A DNA stretch of 64,000 bases from Octopus sinensis (GCF_006345805.1 NC_043002.1:28954001-29018000); one strand, 5' to 3'; counted from the first letter of the stretch, positions 14,016 to 26,844 are shown. The notes: generated by a model not told the origin, from the sequence alone. A program made the numbers and translations.

Positions 14016-14247
14016 AAGGCGGCGAGCTGGCAGAAACGTTAGCACGCTGGGCGAAATGCGCACCCGTATTTCGTCTGCCGCGACGTTCTGAATTCAAATT
14101 CCGCCGAGGTCGACTTTGCCTTTCATCCTATCGGGGTCGATAAATTAAGTACCAGTTACGCACTGGGGTCGATGTAATCGACTTAATTCGTTTGTCTGTC
14201 CTTCTTTGTCCCCTCTGTGTGTAGCCCCTTGTGGGTAAAAAAGAAAC
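14016..14247 (+). mobile_element. Near full-length tRNA-derived SINE family A
   Basis: Head GGCGGCGAGCTGGCAGAAACGTTAGC, B-box-like TTCAAATTCC, central domain and AAAGAAA tail. Confidence 0.85.
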
Positions 14248-14492
14248 ATATATATATATATATAATTAAGTCGATTACATATAAGATATATATCATTATT
14301 TCTGGCAGAGGTGTTGAGTTCAAATCTCACCGAGGTCAACTTTGCCTTACATCACTTCATTGTTTTGAGGATCATCATGTAAGTATCATTTGAGCTCTGT
14401 AGTCATTGAAATCGACTAACCCCTGTTCGCAACATTTCAGTCTTTTCGCCTATAGCATAAAGTGTTGTTGTTGTTGTTATTATCATTGTTAC

Positions 14493-15000
14493 TGAGTGAG
14501 AGAGCAGTGCATGCCATCAAAGTGACACTGGGGTAAAATATACGAAGCCCCGCATACCCATCATGACTACCCATCTGATAAGGGTACACTAGGCACATGC
14601 ATTACAACCATATGTGCGTGACATGGTGCTCACATAACAAGATAAACACCGCATGTCCTTGCAGGTGGGGCCCAGCTATAATTTTCTTCTGGTCGAGTAA
14701 CCCATCCCGCTCAAAAGGTCCCTGAATAAGGGTTGTTTAAGGATGTTGAATGAAACACCCATGTTTCCAGCTATGATGATCCCCCACTACTTCTACTCGT
14801 GATCAAAGATGCACAAATCATCAGTCACTAAGGGACATGCTCAACTGGTTATGGTCAAACAGCTGACAAGCAAATCTGTGGTATTGAGCAGAATATTTGC
14901 TGTAGCCCATCTCTTATACCAAGACAAAACAATGTACATGATAACACTTCGAATCTGTTAAGATCAGGAGCCATGAGGGCCACTGCTTGGTACTGCATCA
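14493..15000 (-). mobile_element. Non-coding retroposon 3' region embedded in (TAT/CAT)n, possibly Dong/R4-related
   Basis: Homologous to 42608-43021, and both copies are flanked by trinucleotide tracts. The clade is inferred only from target preference. Confidence 0.55.
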
Positions 15001-15054
15001 TCATTATCATTATCATCATCATCATCATCATCATCATTATTATTATTATTATTG

Positions 15055-15300
15055 ACGCATAGTCTAGCGGTTAGAGTGTTGCACTCCTAGACCGGGTGGT
15101 GTATTGTGTTCTTCAGGAAAACATTTCATCTCACGTTACTTGGCGAACACTTCGACACATGAGGCCTGTACATCGTGCACCTGTTTAGGCAACGTCGATT
15201 TGATGGCTAGAGTGAGCTAATGTACAACATTAACCTTTGATCACTGTAAAAAACTCATTTATGCAGATCGTTTGGCAAACGCTGAGTCCATCACATTATC
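15055..15300 (+). mobile_element. Degenerate tRNA-derived SINE
   Basis: A-box-like TAGTCTAGCGGTTAGAG head followed by TTGTGTTCTTCAGGAAAACATTT, similar to the V/CORE-like core of the 16551-16890 copy. Confidence 0.5.
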
Positions 15301-15693
15301 ATTATTAGCTGCATTTCGTCTGTCTATACGTTCTAAGATCAAATTCCTCCGAGGACGATATTGCCTTTCATGCTTTCTGAGTCGATAGAATAAGTACCAG
15401 CTGATTACTGGCGTCGATGTAATCGATATACCCTCTCCCCTTATTCTATGTCTATCGCTGCTACCTCTAGCTTCCGGGCGTCTGCTATGCACAAGGCCAA
15501 TCACCCATATATGCACAAGTGCATAGATGGGTGATTTATCACACTGCGAGCCATGTAAACTTGAGTGTTTCTATGTCCCGAAAGCCGAAATGCAAATTTC
15601 TGTCATAGTAACAATCACAATATTTTGTGGTCCAACACATCATCCACATTTAAGAAGAGCTATATATACATACATACATACATACATATATAC

Positions 15694-15750
<57 letters not shown>

Positions 15751-16170
15751 CACAAGATACACACGTACATACATACACACACATGTACACACGCACATAC
15801 ACTCACACGCACACACATACATACACAACACACACCCATACATACATGGACACACACGCACACACATTTACGTTTACTCCAGACACAGCCTACACACAAC
15901 CTCACACGTACACACATATCAACACACGCACATCACATACTTCAAACTACTAGTTAAACACCTTTCTACTGACCATTCTCCTACGCACATGTAGAGGTAG
16001 ACACACAACAGACTCCTACTAAAATGAACGTCTAGGTTCCATAACCGCAAAATTTTTTTTATTGCCGGCGAATGGCTACGGCTGCGTAGTAGATTTTGAA
16101 AAAAATTACGATGTATAAACAAGAGGCACATAGTATGATCGCCTCGTGTTTATTTATTTAACCCAAGGTG

Positions 16171-16252
16171 TTCTTGCTGAGGACGATTTCACCTAGCGAG
16201 TATATGTTATTTTACTTGCTAAACTAAAATCAGAAACCAATTGGTCCAGGAA
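16171..16252 (+). ncRNA. Type I hammerhead ribozyme, apparently intact
   Basis: Stem I TTCTTG/CAGGAA, core CTGAGGA, stem II GATTT/AAATC extended by TAGCGAGTA/TACTTGCTA, GAAA, palindromic stem III ACCAATTGGT and a GUC cleavage triplet (cut predicted after 16246). Confidence 0.8.
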
Positions 16253-16491
16253 TCTAGATGGTAAAATGTTTTTATTTTTTCATTTCGTTCCTGTCGCATT
16301 TTATCCCTAATTTTTGTGGTTATAGAACCTAGCTGTTCTTTCTAGCGTGTTTAATCCCATGAGTGGATTCCTCATGTGTTTAAAAGTACACTGTATGTTA
16401 AGACTAATGCATAGTGTTTGGACTAAATTTTTACACGTTATGCCACTTGAAATGAAAATTTTAATTAATTTCCATTTCCCTTTGATATGAT

Positions 16492-16535
<44 letters not shown>

Positions 16536-16550
16536 CACACGCACACATAT

Positions 16551-16890
16551 GAGGACCTTCTTCGGTCATGAAAGACCATAGGATTGAACCTAGAATGTTA
16601 CTCTCATTGGCACAAATCCGAGCAAGGTTGTTTATGGAAAACCAGCTGTCGCCGATGCATATCAACTTCCCTTCTCTATATCACCGATGTTATCCAAGGT
16701 TAAGGCAGAAGCCGATACAGCATGGCACCAGTGACATCGCAACTGTTGCTCCAGTTCACCTGAGTGAACTCAACATGTAATAAAGTGCCTTGCTCAAGAA
16801 CTGAAGAACACAACACAAAGCCGGATCCAGGAATCGAATTCATTACCTCATGATTGTGAGACCGACGCTCTAACCACTGATCCATGCGCC
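16551..16890 (-). mobile_element. tRNA-derived SINE (family C, V/CORE-like core)
   Basis: Minus strand GGCGCATGGATCAGTGGTTAGAGCG (A box), TTCGATTCC (B box) and TTGAGCAAGGCACTTT core. Confidence 0.8.
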
Positions 16891-17104
16891 TTCACACATA
16901 GACACACGCATGCGCGCACACTCACATAGATATACACACACATAAATACAGACACATATATACATACACACACAAATAATTTTATAATAAAACAAGGCTG
17001 TTGATTAAGCGATTGGAACATTTTTTCGCGCAATTTAAAGTTTATAGTGTACTGATTCTGTTTATGCCTATGTGTATGTGTATCTATATGTATATGTGTA
17101 TGAC

Positions 17105-17154
<50 letters not shown>

Positions 17155-17188
17155 TATAATGTGGTGTGGGTGTGTGGTGTGTATAGAC

Positions 17189-17227
<39 letters not shown>

Positions 17228-17652
17228 TATATATAATATATATTATATATATATATAATACTTACATAACATACATATACACGATTACATACGAAAGCAC
17301 ACGTTATTCAAATCTATGGAGACTATGATTGTAATCACCGACATTGGGTATAAAAGTACAGAATTACAGTATCATGGTTGGGTAGAATCTACTGTTAAAT
17401 TATTACTTATTTGCTATTAAATCATTATACTGTTAAATCATAACTTATCTGCTGAACCTACGGGAGACACTCTTGGCATAGATGCAGACTGTTTAGTAAA
17501 ACATGCATCTTCACGTCTTCACGCTAATGTTTTAAAATACGTCAAATATTAAATATGATCATATGACTTGGGTTATATGTGTGCTAAGACATTTAAGTAC
17601 ATGTGCGTATGTACCAGAGTATACATACATGCATATATACATAAAACATACA

Positions 17653-17692
<40 letters not shown>

Positions 17693-17813
17693 GATATATT
17701 ATATATATATATATATATAAATTATTACATATATATATATATAAATACATATATATATATATATATATACATACATTACATACATATATATATATAAATA
17801 GTATACATTACAT

Positions 17814-17868
<55 letters not shown>

Positions 17869-18022
17869 GATGTATGTATATGTACATATATGTGCATATA
17901 TATATGAAAGCATGCACAAAATAAGATTCTATATGTCTGTGTTTGTCTTTGCAACCGTTAATGGAGACACGTTTTTTCTCTCTAATTCCGTTCTCTCCCT
18001 ATCTGTTTCCTCTCCCCATCCA

Positions 18023-18059
18023 TTTGTGTAGAAGAGCGTAGGCTCGAAATATCAAAGAC
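18023..18059 (+). ncRNA. Degenerate minimal hammerhead-like motif
   Basis: TTT-GTGTAGA-A-GAGC(GTAG)GCTC-GAAA-TATC-AAAG, from the same repeat family as 46434-46469. Confidence 0.4.
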
Positions 18060-18831
18060 TTCTTCCATTTTTCATATTTGTTTATTCTTCCCTCACCTGT
18101 CTGTCGTCTGCTTTTCGTTTTTATTTTTGCATCGTTTTGGACCATAATTATGCACACACACTCCCCAACACATACACACAGACACACACACACACATCGT
18201 TGATGTCACAAGAATTTTATAATTTTTTGAGACAAGTGAACTAATTCTGTTTTAGGAATATCTTGAATCACACAGAATTATAGATAAAAGCATATAAATA
18301 ATGGGTTGCAAAGAAACCCCTTTGGATGAAAAAATAGTTGAAGGATGCACGTACAGCCATCGACTTTTGCTCCCCCTATCGTCAAGGTTTGTGATTTTAT
18401 AGTTGTAATAATATGATGACATAATAACATAACATTCCTGTAGCATGCATGAAATATTCTTGGGAATTTTTTTATAGACAGGAGGATTTGGAAACAAAAG
18501 ACATGAATATTTTATTATTTTGTTCTTGAATATGGTCTGAGGGTTCTAAATTGAGAGTGCAAATCAATTGCATTTTTAAAAAAAATGAAAATCAAAAACA
18601 AAGCAAAACAAAAAAGCTACAACTTTGCATTAGAAACAAATAATAATATTCGATTACAGAAGGAACGACAACGTTTCAATAGCTTAGCCCCAACGTCGTC
18701 ACGTTTTCTGCAAAGAAATAGCAGTCAAAGGAACCTCAAATCAATTCATAGCCTAATACCACTGAAAAGAAAAGAAGGCAAACGTATGGGATTATGTCAT
18801 TTGACAATAAGCTACTTTTGAAATGAACCTA

Positions 18832-20050
18832 TCAGGTTGAGTAAAAAGCAAGCAACGTTTTGAACCATGAAGAATTTGTACCGGATTTTTGCAGTTTTGA
18901 ATTTTTTTCAAACATTTTTTTGCAATTGTCTGATAATACAGACATAGACTTGCCCAAATGCATCAATAAATCAACATTGAAATTCTTTTCCCCGTTGTTA
19001 CAATCACAGGAAATGGAACTGTAAGAGCATGATATTTGAGTAATTTTGCTATTCATCTTCTAAAAAGGACGTAAAGCAGCTGAAACTGCTCGCGATATCA
19101 ATGAAACGTTTGGTGAGGAAATGACCAGTGAGTGGTCAGCTCGAAAATGATTTAAACGCTTTCGCTGTGGAGATCTGAGCCTTGAAGATCGTGAGCGTAG
19201 TGGACGCCCATTTATCATTGATGCAGGTCAATTGAAGACCATCATTGAGAAAAATCTACATAAAACCACTCGAGAACTGGCAAAAGAACATCAACTTGGC
19301 CAGAAAACTGCCTGCAACCATTTGGATGCGACCGTAAAATCAAAAAAGCTTGACAAATGAGTACCACAGGATTTGAATGAAAATCAGAAAATGCGCGCAG
19401 ATATGAAATTTGCTCGTCGCTTCTTCTCCACAACCTGACCGATCCATTTTTCAACCCCATTGTAACTTGCGATGAAATTTTGATTCTGTACAATAATATA
19501 AAACGTTCTTCGCAGTGGCTGGACGTAAATGAAGCACCGAAAACCTTCTCTAAATCTGAGCTCTTCAAAAAGAAGGTTATGGTGGCTGTTTGTTGACGTA
19601 CTACTGGACGCGACCACTATAATTTCTTAAACCCGGAAAAACCAACACTGCAGAAGCATATTGCCATGAAATTGCCAAACTGAACGAAAAACTGCTACTC
19701 CTCCGTCCCAGGCTGGTCAACAGAATAAGGTCATTCATTCTTCATGACAATGCTCGACTACACGTTTCACTAACTCTCCCGAAGTTGAGGGAACTTGCCT
19801 ATAAAGTTTTTTTTCCCAACCTGAGACCTTTCTCTAACCGACTACCACTTTTTCAAGCACTTCAATGGATTACTGCGAGAGACAGATTTCATAAATCAAA
19901 CCGATGCTGAACATGAGTTCAAAGAGTTCCATAACTCCAGAACTCCAAACTTTTATGTTACCGGAATAAACAAACTTGTAACTCGTTGGCAAAAATATGT
20001 TGATTGTAATGGTACTTAGCGTGATGGATTAAAATTTCCCCATTGTTGAA
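18832..20050 (+). mobile_element. mariner (DD34D) element with pseudogenised transposase (about 19013-20019)
   Basis: KGRKAAETARDINETFG..FKRFRCGDLSLEDRERSGRP, IVTCDE, LHDNAR, TDYHFFKH and RWQKYVDCNG, with many stops and frameshifts. TA|TCAGGTTG putative 5' end. Confidence 0.9.
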
Positions 20051-21737
20051 ATATATTGTGATGAATAATCAATATTCGAATTATTATTGTTGCTATACTG
20101 TATTGTATTATATAATATGTGATAATTATGCAGATATATATATATTTATGTATGCACACATATATTTATAGGTTTAGATAGATATGTATTTGTTTTTGTT
20201 TTCTGCTGGTACCTTATATGTGTGTGGGTATATACATGTGTATGTGTATATATATGTATGTGTATAGGTGTATAAATGTTTGTATATATATATATATATA
20301 TATGGTTGTGTATATATATTTTGTTGTATATATATATATATATATATATATAAGTATTGTATATGCATATGTACTATATGGATACATACATTGATATGCA
20401 ACCCCATTACAGAACCAATAAATTGATTAATTAATTAATTAATTAATTAATTAATTAGTTGGCTGATTGATAAGTTGATTGACTGGCTGAATAATGGACC
20501 TAAATTTTTGAGTATATTGTTTTATAATTATAGACCTAATTAAACCAGAGTCACCTACCTTTGTTCTATTTATAACTAAACTCACCACCACCATCACACC
20601 TCTTACATATAACATTAAAAGTAATTATCTGAATAAATAGAAGGGAAGATATTATAAAGGACTGAATGACTGATTGTTTTATTAATTAAGTGACTTAACA
20701 CTACTACATGGAGTCTCGCATTTGAGACATTTTTCAGATAAAATAGATTTTAAACATAACTGTAGCGATAAATAACAACAATTTAGTAATATGTATGTAT
20801 ATATATATAAGAGAATATATATTGAATTGGCTCATGTGGAGAGAATATATAAAGATATATATTGAGTTGGTTCATTAATTTAGTAACTAAACACTGTTGC
20901 ATGGAGAATTGCAATTAATGCACTTTATCAGAGAATACCTTTTAAGCATAATTTTAGCGATAAATGACAACCTAGTGGAACAACTTTTACAGTCACATTT
21001 GATATTTTGTCCCTTAATTGAAGTTGGTCCGAATAAATTCCAACATATATTTTAAACCATATATTACCCATACGAGTTAGTAAATATATAAATGATTCCC
21101 CTAATTAAACAGATACATGGAATATTATATACCGTTTTTTTTTAAAATAAATTTGTTATAACATATTTCATATGCAGTATATTAAATATATATCCCCTTA
21201 GTAATATCACTTTAACCTAAAATTCATATATACATATATGAATTCATCTACATTTTGCTTTTGTTTTATTTATATAAATTTATATATATGTATATATATT
21301 TACCTAATTTGTTTTAAGTTATCGGTTATCCATTAACCAACCATAACAAAGTCATGGCCTTTCAAAACAATAGATGACCAATTAGATTACGGGACTGAAC
21401 AAAACACCCTCCCCACTTCCCGCAGGATTTCAGCTACTCGATAAACAAAAAAACAACGGAAAATGGTAAAGCATATTGATTAATACCTGGAAATGTATTA
21501 CTTGTAGTACCAACTAATATCACAGGTATTAATATAAACTATAACCCACTTATTGTGGACTTTTGTCAAAAGCCCTCAGTAGAAAACATATCACATGTTT
21601 ATATGAATATATATGTTTTTGTGTATAAATATTAAAATTATATAAAAAGAATAATGCGAACTGCTGCAATAATACTCCCTTTTCAACACATGTAATACGT
21701 ATGTACCAATGGGTATGTTTCTACGTAAATATATAAG

Positions 21738-21772
<35 letters not shown>

Positions 21773-22114
21773 ATGTGTGTGTATGTATATGTATATATAT
21801 ATGTATGTATTCCTCATATATAGAATTTTTCATTCCTACATAACTACAATAATGTATCTTAAGATACATTTAAATTGCACTATTATTTCTCATTTAATAA
21901 CTTTCTCTTACCTCTGTTTATATTTTCTCTAATAAGAATAATATATAATAACCTAATAATAATAATTGATTCCTTTGTATGCCTATACATATGCATATAC
22001 ATTTAAATATATGTATATGTGTTTATGTATATTTATGTATATGTATGTATATGCAGAAGTATGTATAAATGTACGTATCTATATTTATAGTGTAACTCTA
22101 TGAACTTTCTAAAC

Positions 22115-22236
22115 TCTCTGACGAAGCTCAGAGACACACCCAAGTACCTTAATCTTATCTACCAAATACTTCAGTTCACTGGAGGAATAAAAAATAGAAT
22201 GGAGTACTATGGCCTCTTGGCTGAAAAGCTATAAGA
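22115..22236 (+). ncRNA. Hammerhead-like motif with a large stem II loop (degenerate stem III)
   Basis: TCT-CTGACGA-AGCTCAGAG(about 80 nt)CTCTTGGCT-GAAA-AGCT-ATA-AGA. Confidence 0.5.
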
Positions 22237-23394
22237 TATTATCCTACTTTCTATGCTCTACGTTATATATTTTAATAATTACTGGTATTTTTATATATTA
22301 CGTATTATATATGTAAAGCATAATATGTTATACATATATGTATATTGTTATAATTGTCTTTTAAAAAAATAAATAAAGAGACATAGTATAATATCTAAAC
22401 GTTGGTGAATACCGCCTCTTGATCCCCTCCATTTTCTTATTGCTGTATAAATTAAGGGTAAAATAACTTTTTACCCATACCCATTCATTACACTCGGTAA
22501 TGTAAATGCCATGCAATGAAAAGACACTTGTGTATTAATAAACGGGGGATCTTTTCATTTTCGTCGCCTGTTTTTTCAAATTTTTCCTACTGAACCAAAC
22601 AATTTGAAACTTCGTATACTGGTAGAATGTGTCAAAAGTAAACTTAATTGTAAACCAGAATGAAAACGGAATTGTAACTTCTAAGTTTAACATTGTTTAA
22701 TAATCAGAATTTTAACCAATAGTATTCGGTCTTTCGGCTTGATATTATTTACTCCGTCTCAATAGACGTGACCACCAATTTGGTGACGTACTAAACATAC
22801 ATGTTAAATGTAAACACAACTGAAATTTTTTATATATTATTAACTAACTTATATATTAAACTTATATATTATATAACTAACTTAGTTTTTGTAAATTTTC
22901 GTATATTTTTTGTGATTTTTAATCCTTACTTTATTCGTGTAACTTTTATTTCTGTAACTTTTTATCTTTGACAATCTTTCGTTTGTAGTAGACCTTTCCG
23001 TGATAAATGAAATTTTTTACTCGGTGTATGTGTATATGTATGTATGTGTGTGTGTATGTATCTATGTATGTGTGTGTGTGTATGTATGTGTGTGTATGTA
23101 TGTGTGTGTGTGTATGTATGTATGGCCGATTCAGTGTTTACATTATTTCGAGTTAAAACGAAAGATTACCTTTGCTATGTAGAAAATAATGAGGTTGACT
23201 CAATGGAATAATGACAGTGATCGAAGATATAAACAAAATTTTTTTTGGCAATCTTTCGTTTTAACTCGAAATAATGTAAACACTGAATCGGCCATACATA
23301 CATACATACACACACAGACACATACACACACATACACACACATACATACACACACACACATACATACACATACATACACACACACATACATGCA

Positions 23395-23426
<32 letters not shown>

Positions 23427-23436
23427 CACATATACA

Positions 23437-25975
23437 TAGCCAAAGATATAGCAGAAAAGAAGAAGTTTGCCAATGTCCAGCGACGTGAGGACCAAAGAAC
23501 TGAGGTATTTCGTATTGATAGACAGTGTGTGAGAGAAAATAGTGATGTTACAGGAGAGAAATGTGTCCGCATGGATGATGGGGCACTTGCTTTTAATGTT
23601 GGTGAAAAGAAAGAGGCTTGGAAAAGCCATTATGAAAGACTGCTGAATGTGGAGAATGAATGGGAGGAGGAGGGCCTGCCAAATGTTGACCCAGTAGAGG
23701 GACCAGCTATCCAAATAGACAGCTCCCTTGTAGTTAAGGCAATTAAGGATATGAAACCAGGTAAAGCCCCCGGCCCATCAGGTATCACTGCTGAGATGCT
23801 TAAACCAGCTGGTTATGCGGGCTATGGCCTAGTCACCCGTATTGTTAACCAGGTAGTTCATAATAGAGTCATACCCAATGACTGGCGTAGCAGCACCATA
23901 GTCAACTGCTACAAGGGTGGGTGATGCTCTAGATAGAAATAACTACAGGGGTATTAAACTGTTGGATCAGGTGATGAAGGCCACAGAGAGGGTCATAACC
24001 CATCTCATTAGGGAGAGAATTTGCTTAGATGAGATGCAGTTCGGTTTTGTGCTGGGTAGAAGCACCACTGATGCTATATTCCTGGTCCGACAACTGCAGG
24101 AGAAGTACCTAGCTAAAGATAAACCCCTCTACATAGCTTTTGTGGACTTGGAGAAAGCCTTTGACAGGGTTCCCCGATCCCTTATCTGGTGGTCGATGCG
24201 GAAACTGTTGATTGACGAATGGCTAATAAGGGCTGTACAGGCTCTATACAGAGAGGCTGTCAGCAAGGTTAGGATTGGCAACGAATATAGTGAAGAATTC
24301 CGGGTAGAAGTAGGTGTAGACCAGGGCTCAGCCCTCAGTCCCCTTTTATTCATCATAGTCCTCCAGGCAATAACAGAGGAATTCAAAACAGGTTGCCCCT
24401 GGGAGCTCCTCTATGCTGGTGACCTGGCCCTCATAGCAGAATCACTACCGGAACTAAAAAAAAAATTTCGGGTGTGGAAATAAGGGTTAGAATCAAAGGG
24501 CCTTAGAGTAAATGTAGCGAAGACCAAAGTTATAGTATGCAGAAAGGCGAACTCAGCACACACCCCATCGGGCAGGTGGCCCTGCTCGAGCTGTAGGAAA
24601 GGTGTAGGTAGAAACTCCATAAGATGCACCCAATGTAAGCTATGGACGCACAAGAGGTGCAGCAACATTAAAGGGAAATTAACAGATAAGATAGCTTTCA
24701 TGTGCGGCAGATGCACAGGGACAATAGACACCACAGATACTCAGAAAACAGATTCCATCACACTCCAGGGAGAGAAACTAGAAGTAGTTGATATTTTCCG
24801 CTACCTGCGTGACCAAGTTAGTAGTGGGGGTGGATGCTCAGAGAGTGTCACCACTAGAACACGAATAGCCTGGGCAAAGTTTAGAAAGCTCCTACCCCTA
24901 CTGGCGACAAAGGGTCTCTCACTCAGAGTGAAATGTAGATTGTATGATGCATGTGTGCGAACTGCCATGCTTCACGGCAGTGAAACATGGGCCGTGACTG
25001 CAGAGGACATGCGTAGACTTGAAAGAACTGAAGCTAGCATGATCCGCTGGATGTGTAATGTCAGTGTGAATGCACGACAGAGTGTAAGCACCCTGAGAGA
25101 AATGCTAGGCATAAGAAGCATCAGATGCGGTGTGCAAGAGCGACGCTTGCGATGGTATGGTCATGTACTGCGGATGGATGAGGAGAGATGTGTGAAGAAG
25201 TGCCACTCCCGAACAGTTGAAGGAATCAGGGGGAGAGGAAGACCCAGGAAGACATGGGATGAGGTAGGCAAGCATGACCTCAGAGCGTTGGGCCTCACTG
25301 AGGCAATGGCGAAGGACCGAGATCTCTGGAGATGTACTGTGACTACTAAGACCCGAGATGCTTCCGGCACCAGTTCCGCATACCCCCTGCCCATTCAAAG
25401 TACCTTGGATCCCGGAACATCTCGCTGTGCTTGAGGAGACCTGTTGAGTCAAGTGCATGTACATGAACATCAAACCAAATATCAATGGAAACAGTAGTTG
25501 TGATACCTGTGCCGGTGACACATAAAAAGCACCATCCCAACGTGGCCGATGCCAGCACCGCCTCGACTGGCTTCTGTGCCGGTGGCACATAAAAAGCACC
25601 AACCGATCGTGGCCGATGCCAGACCCCTCTGGCACCAGTGGCCGTTGCCAGTGCCGCCTCGACTGGCTTCTGTGCCGGTGGCACATAAAAAAGCACCATC
25701 CGAACGTGACCGATTCCAACCCCGCCTCGAATGGCTTCTGTGCCGGTGGCACATAAAAAGCACCAACCGATCGTGTCCGATGCCAGACCCCTCTGCCACC
25801 TGTGCCAGTGGCACGTAAAAAGTACCCACTACACTCACGGAGTGGTTGGCATTATGAAGGGCATCCAGCTGTAGAAACACTGCCAGATCAGACTGGAGCC
25901 TGGTGCAGCCTTCTGGCTTCCCAGATCCCGGTTGAACCGTCCAACCCATGCTAGCAAGGAAAACGGACGTTAAAC

Positions 25976-26020
<45 letters not shown>
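23437..26020 (+). mobile_element. 5'-truncated RTE-clade LINE (RT pseudogene, 3' UTR, (GAT)n tail)
   Basis: ORF pieces 23529-23924, 23917-24483 and 24484-25434 carry KAPGP.GI..EMLK, NYRGIKLL, QFGF..GRST.DAI, FVDLEKAFDRV, GV.QGS.LSP.LF, YAGD (mutated YADD), LHGSETW, RRLRWYGHV.RM and RGRGRPRKTW. Frameshift at about 23918 and a stop at 24481. Confidence 0.95.
25508..25827 (+). repeat. Five-unit tandem repeat in the RTE 3' UTR
   Basis: CTGTGCCGGTGGCACATAAAAAGCACC repeated five times with mutually related linkers. Confidence 0.9.
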
Positions 26021-26232
26021 ACACCGAGTAAAAACATTTCAGTTATCTCTCTCTTTCACACATTACTCTCTCTGTCTCTTCACACACACTAACGGTTTGA
26101 TGATTGGGGTGGCATCTTGAGAGGGGTTCCAGGGAAACAAGGTGTGGTTTAGGAACCCGAGGATGTACCTCATGAAACACATGTTGTCAAAGAATAAAAC
26201 AGTAATTTCTTTATGTATTTTTTGGTATACAA

Positions 26233-26844
26233 CCTGCAATTAACCCGTTTCTTATAAAATAGTTGAAGAATCTGGGGTGTAGGAATTGGGACAGTATTGG
26301 AACTTTTAACTTCTTGCTCTCTATCTTATGATCTCCGAAATTTAAGAATCTTGTGTTAACTGGGCTCTTATTATTTACTCTGACTCTGCCACCACCTCAA
26401 TGCAAAGACTATCAATATCAGAATCATCTTCACAACCACTACTGAGACATCCTAACATAATCAATGCCACTACTTCTATCATCATCATTATCATCATCAT
26501 CCACAAGATTCTTAAATTTCGGAGATCATAAGATAGAGAGCAAGAAGTTAAAAGTTCCAATACTGGCCCAATTCCTACACCCCAGATTCTTCAACTATTT
26601 TATAAGAAAGGGGTTAATGGCAGGATAGGGATTCAGCTTAAAAATAAATTGTATAACAAAAAATACATAAATAAATTACTGCTCCAACGATATAATTTTA
26701 GTATGTGTGTATGTATGTATGTGTGTGTGTATGTATGTATGGATCAAAACAGTTTGATTCAAATTCTGTGGTACTTATATATTCATACATACATATACAT
26801 GTAGATGTATATAACATATATATATATATATATTGTATGTAAAC

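Larger units (their letters stand above)
23002..26047. repeat. Foldback inverted repeat interrupted by the RTE LINE
   Basis: Left arm 23002-23167. Right arm 23250-23435 resumes after the LINE at about 26019-26047 (ATACACCGAGTAAAAA..TTTCA..TTATC). Confidence 0.75.

Noticed and set aside
25508-25827. CRISPR-like repeat-spacer appearance
   Set aside because: The spacers are homologous to one another and variable in length, the array lies in a LINE 3' UTR in eukaryotic DNA, and there are no cas genes.
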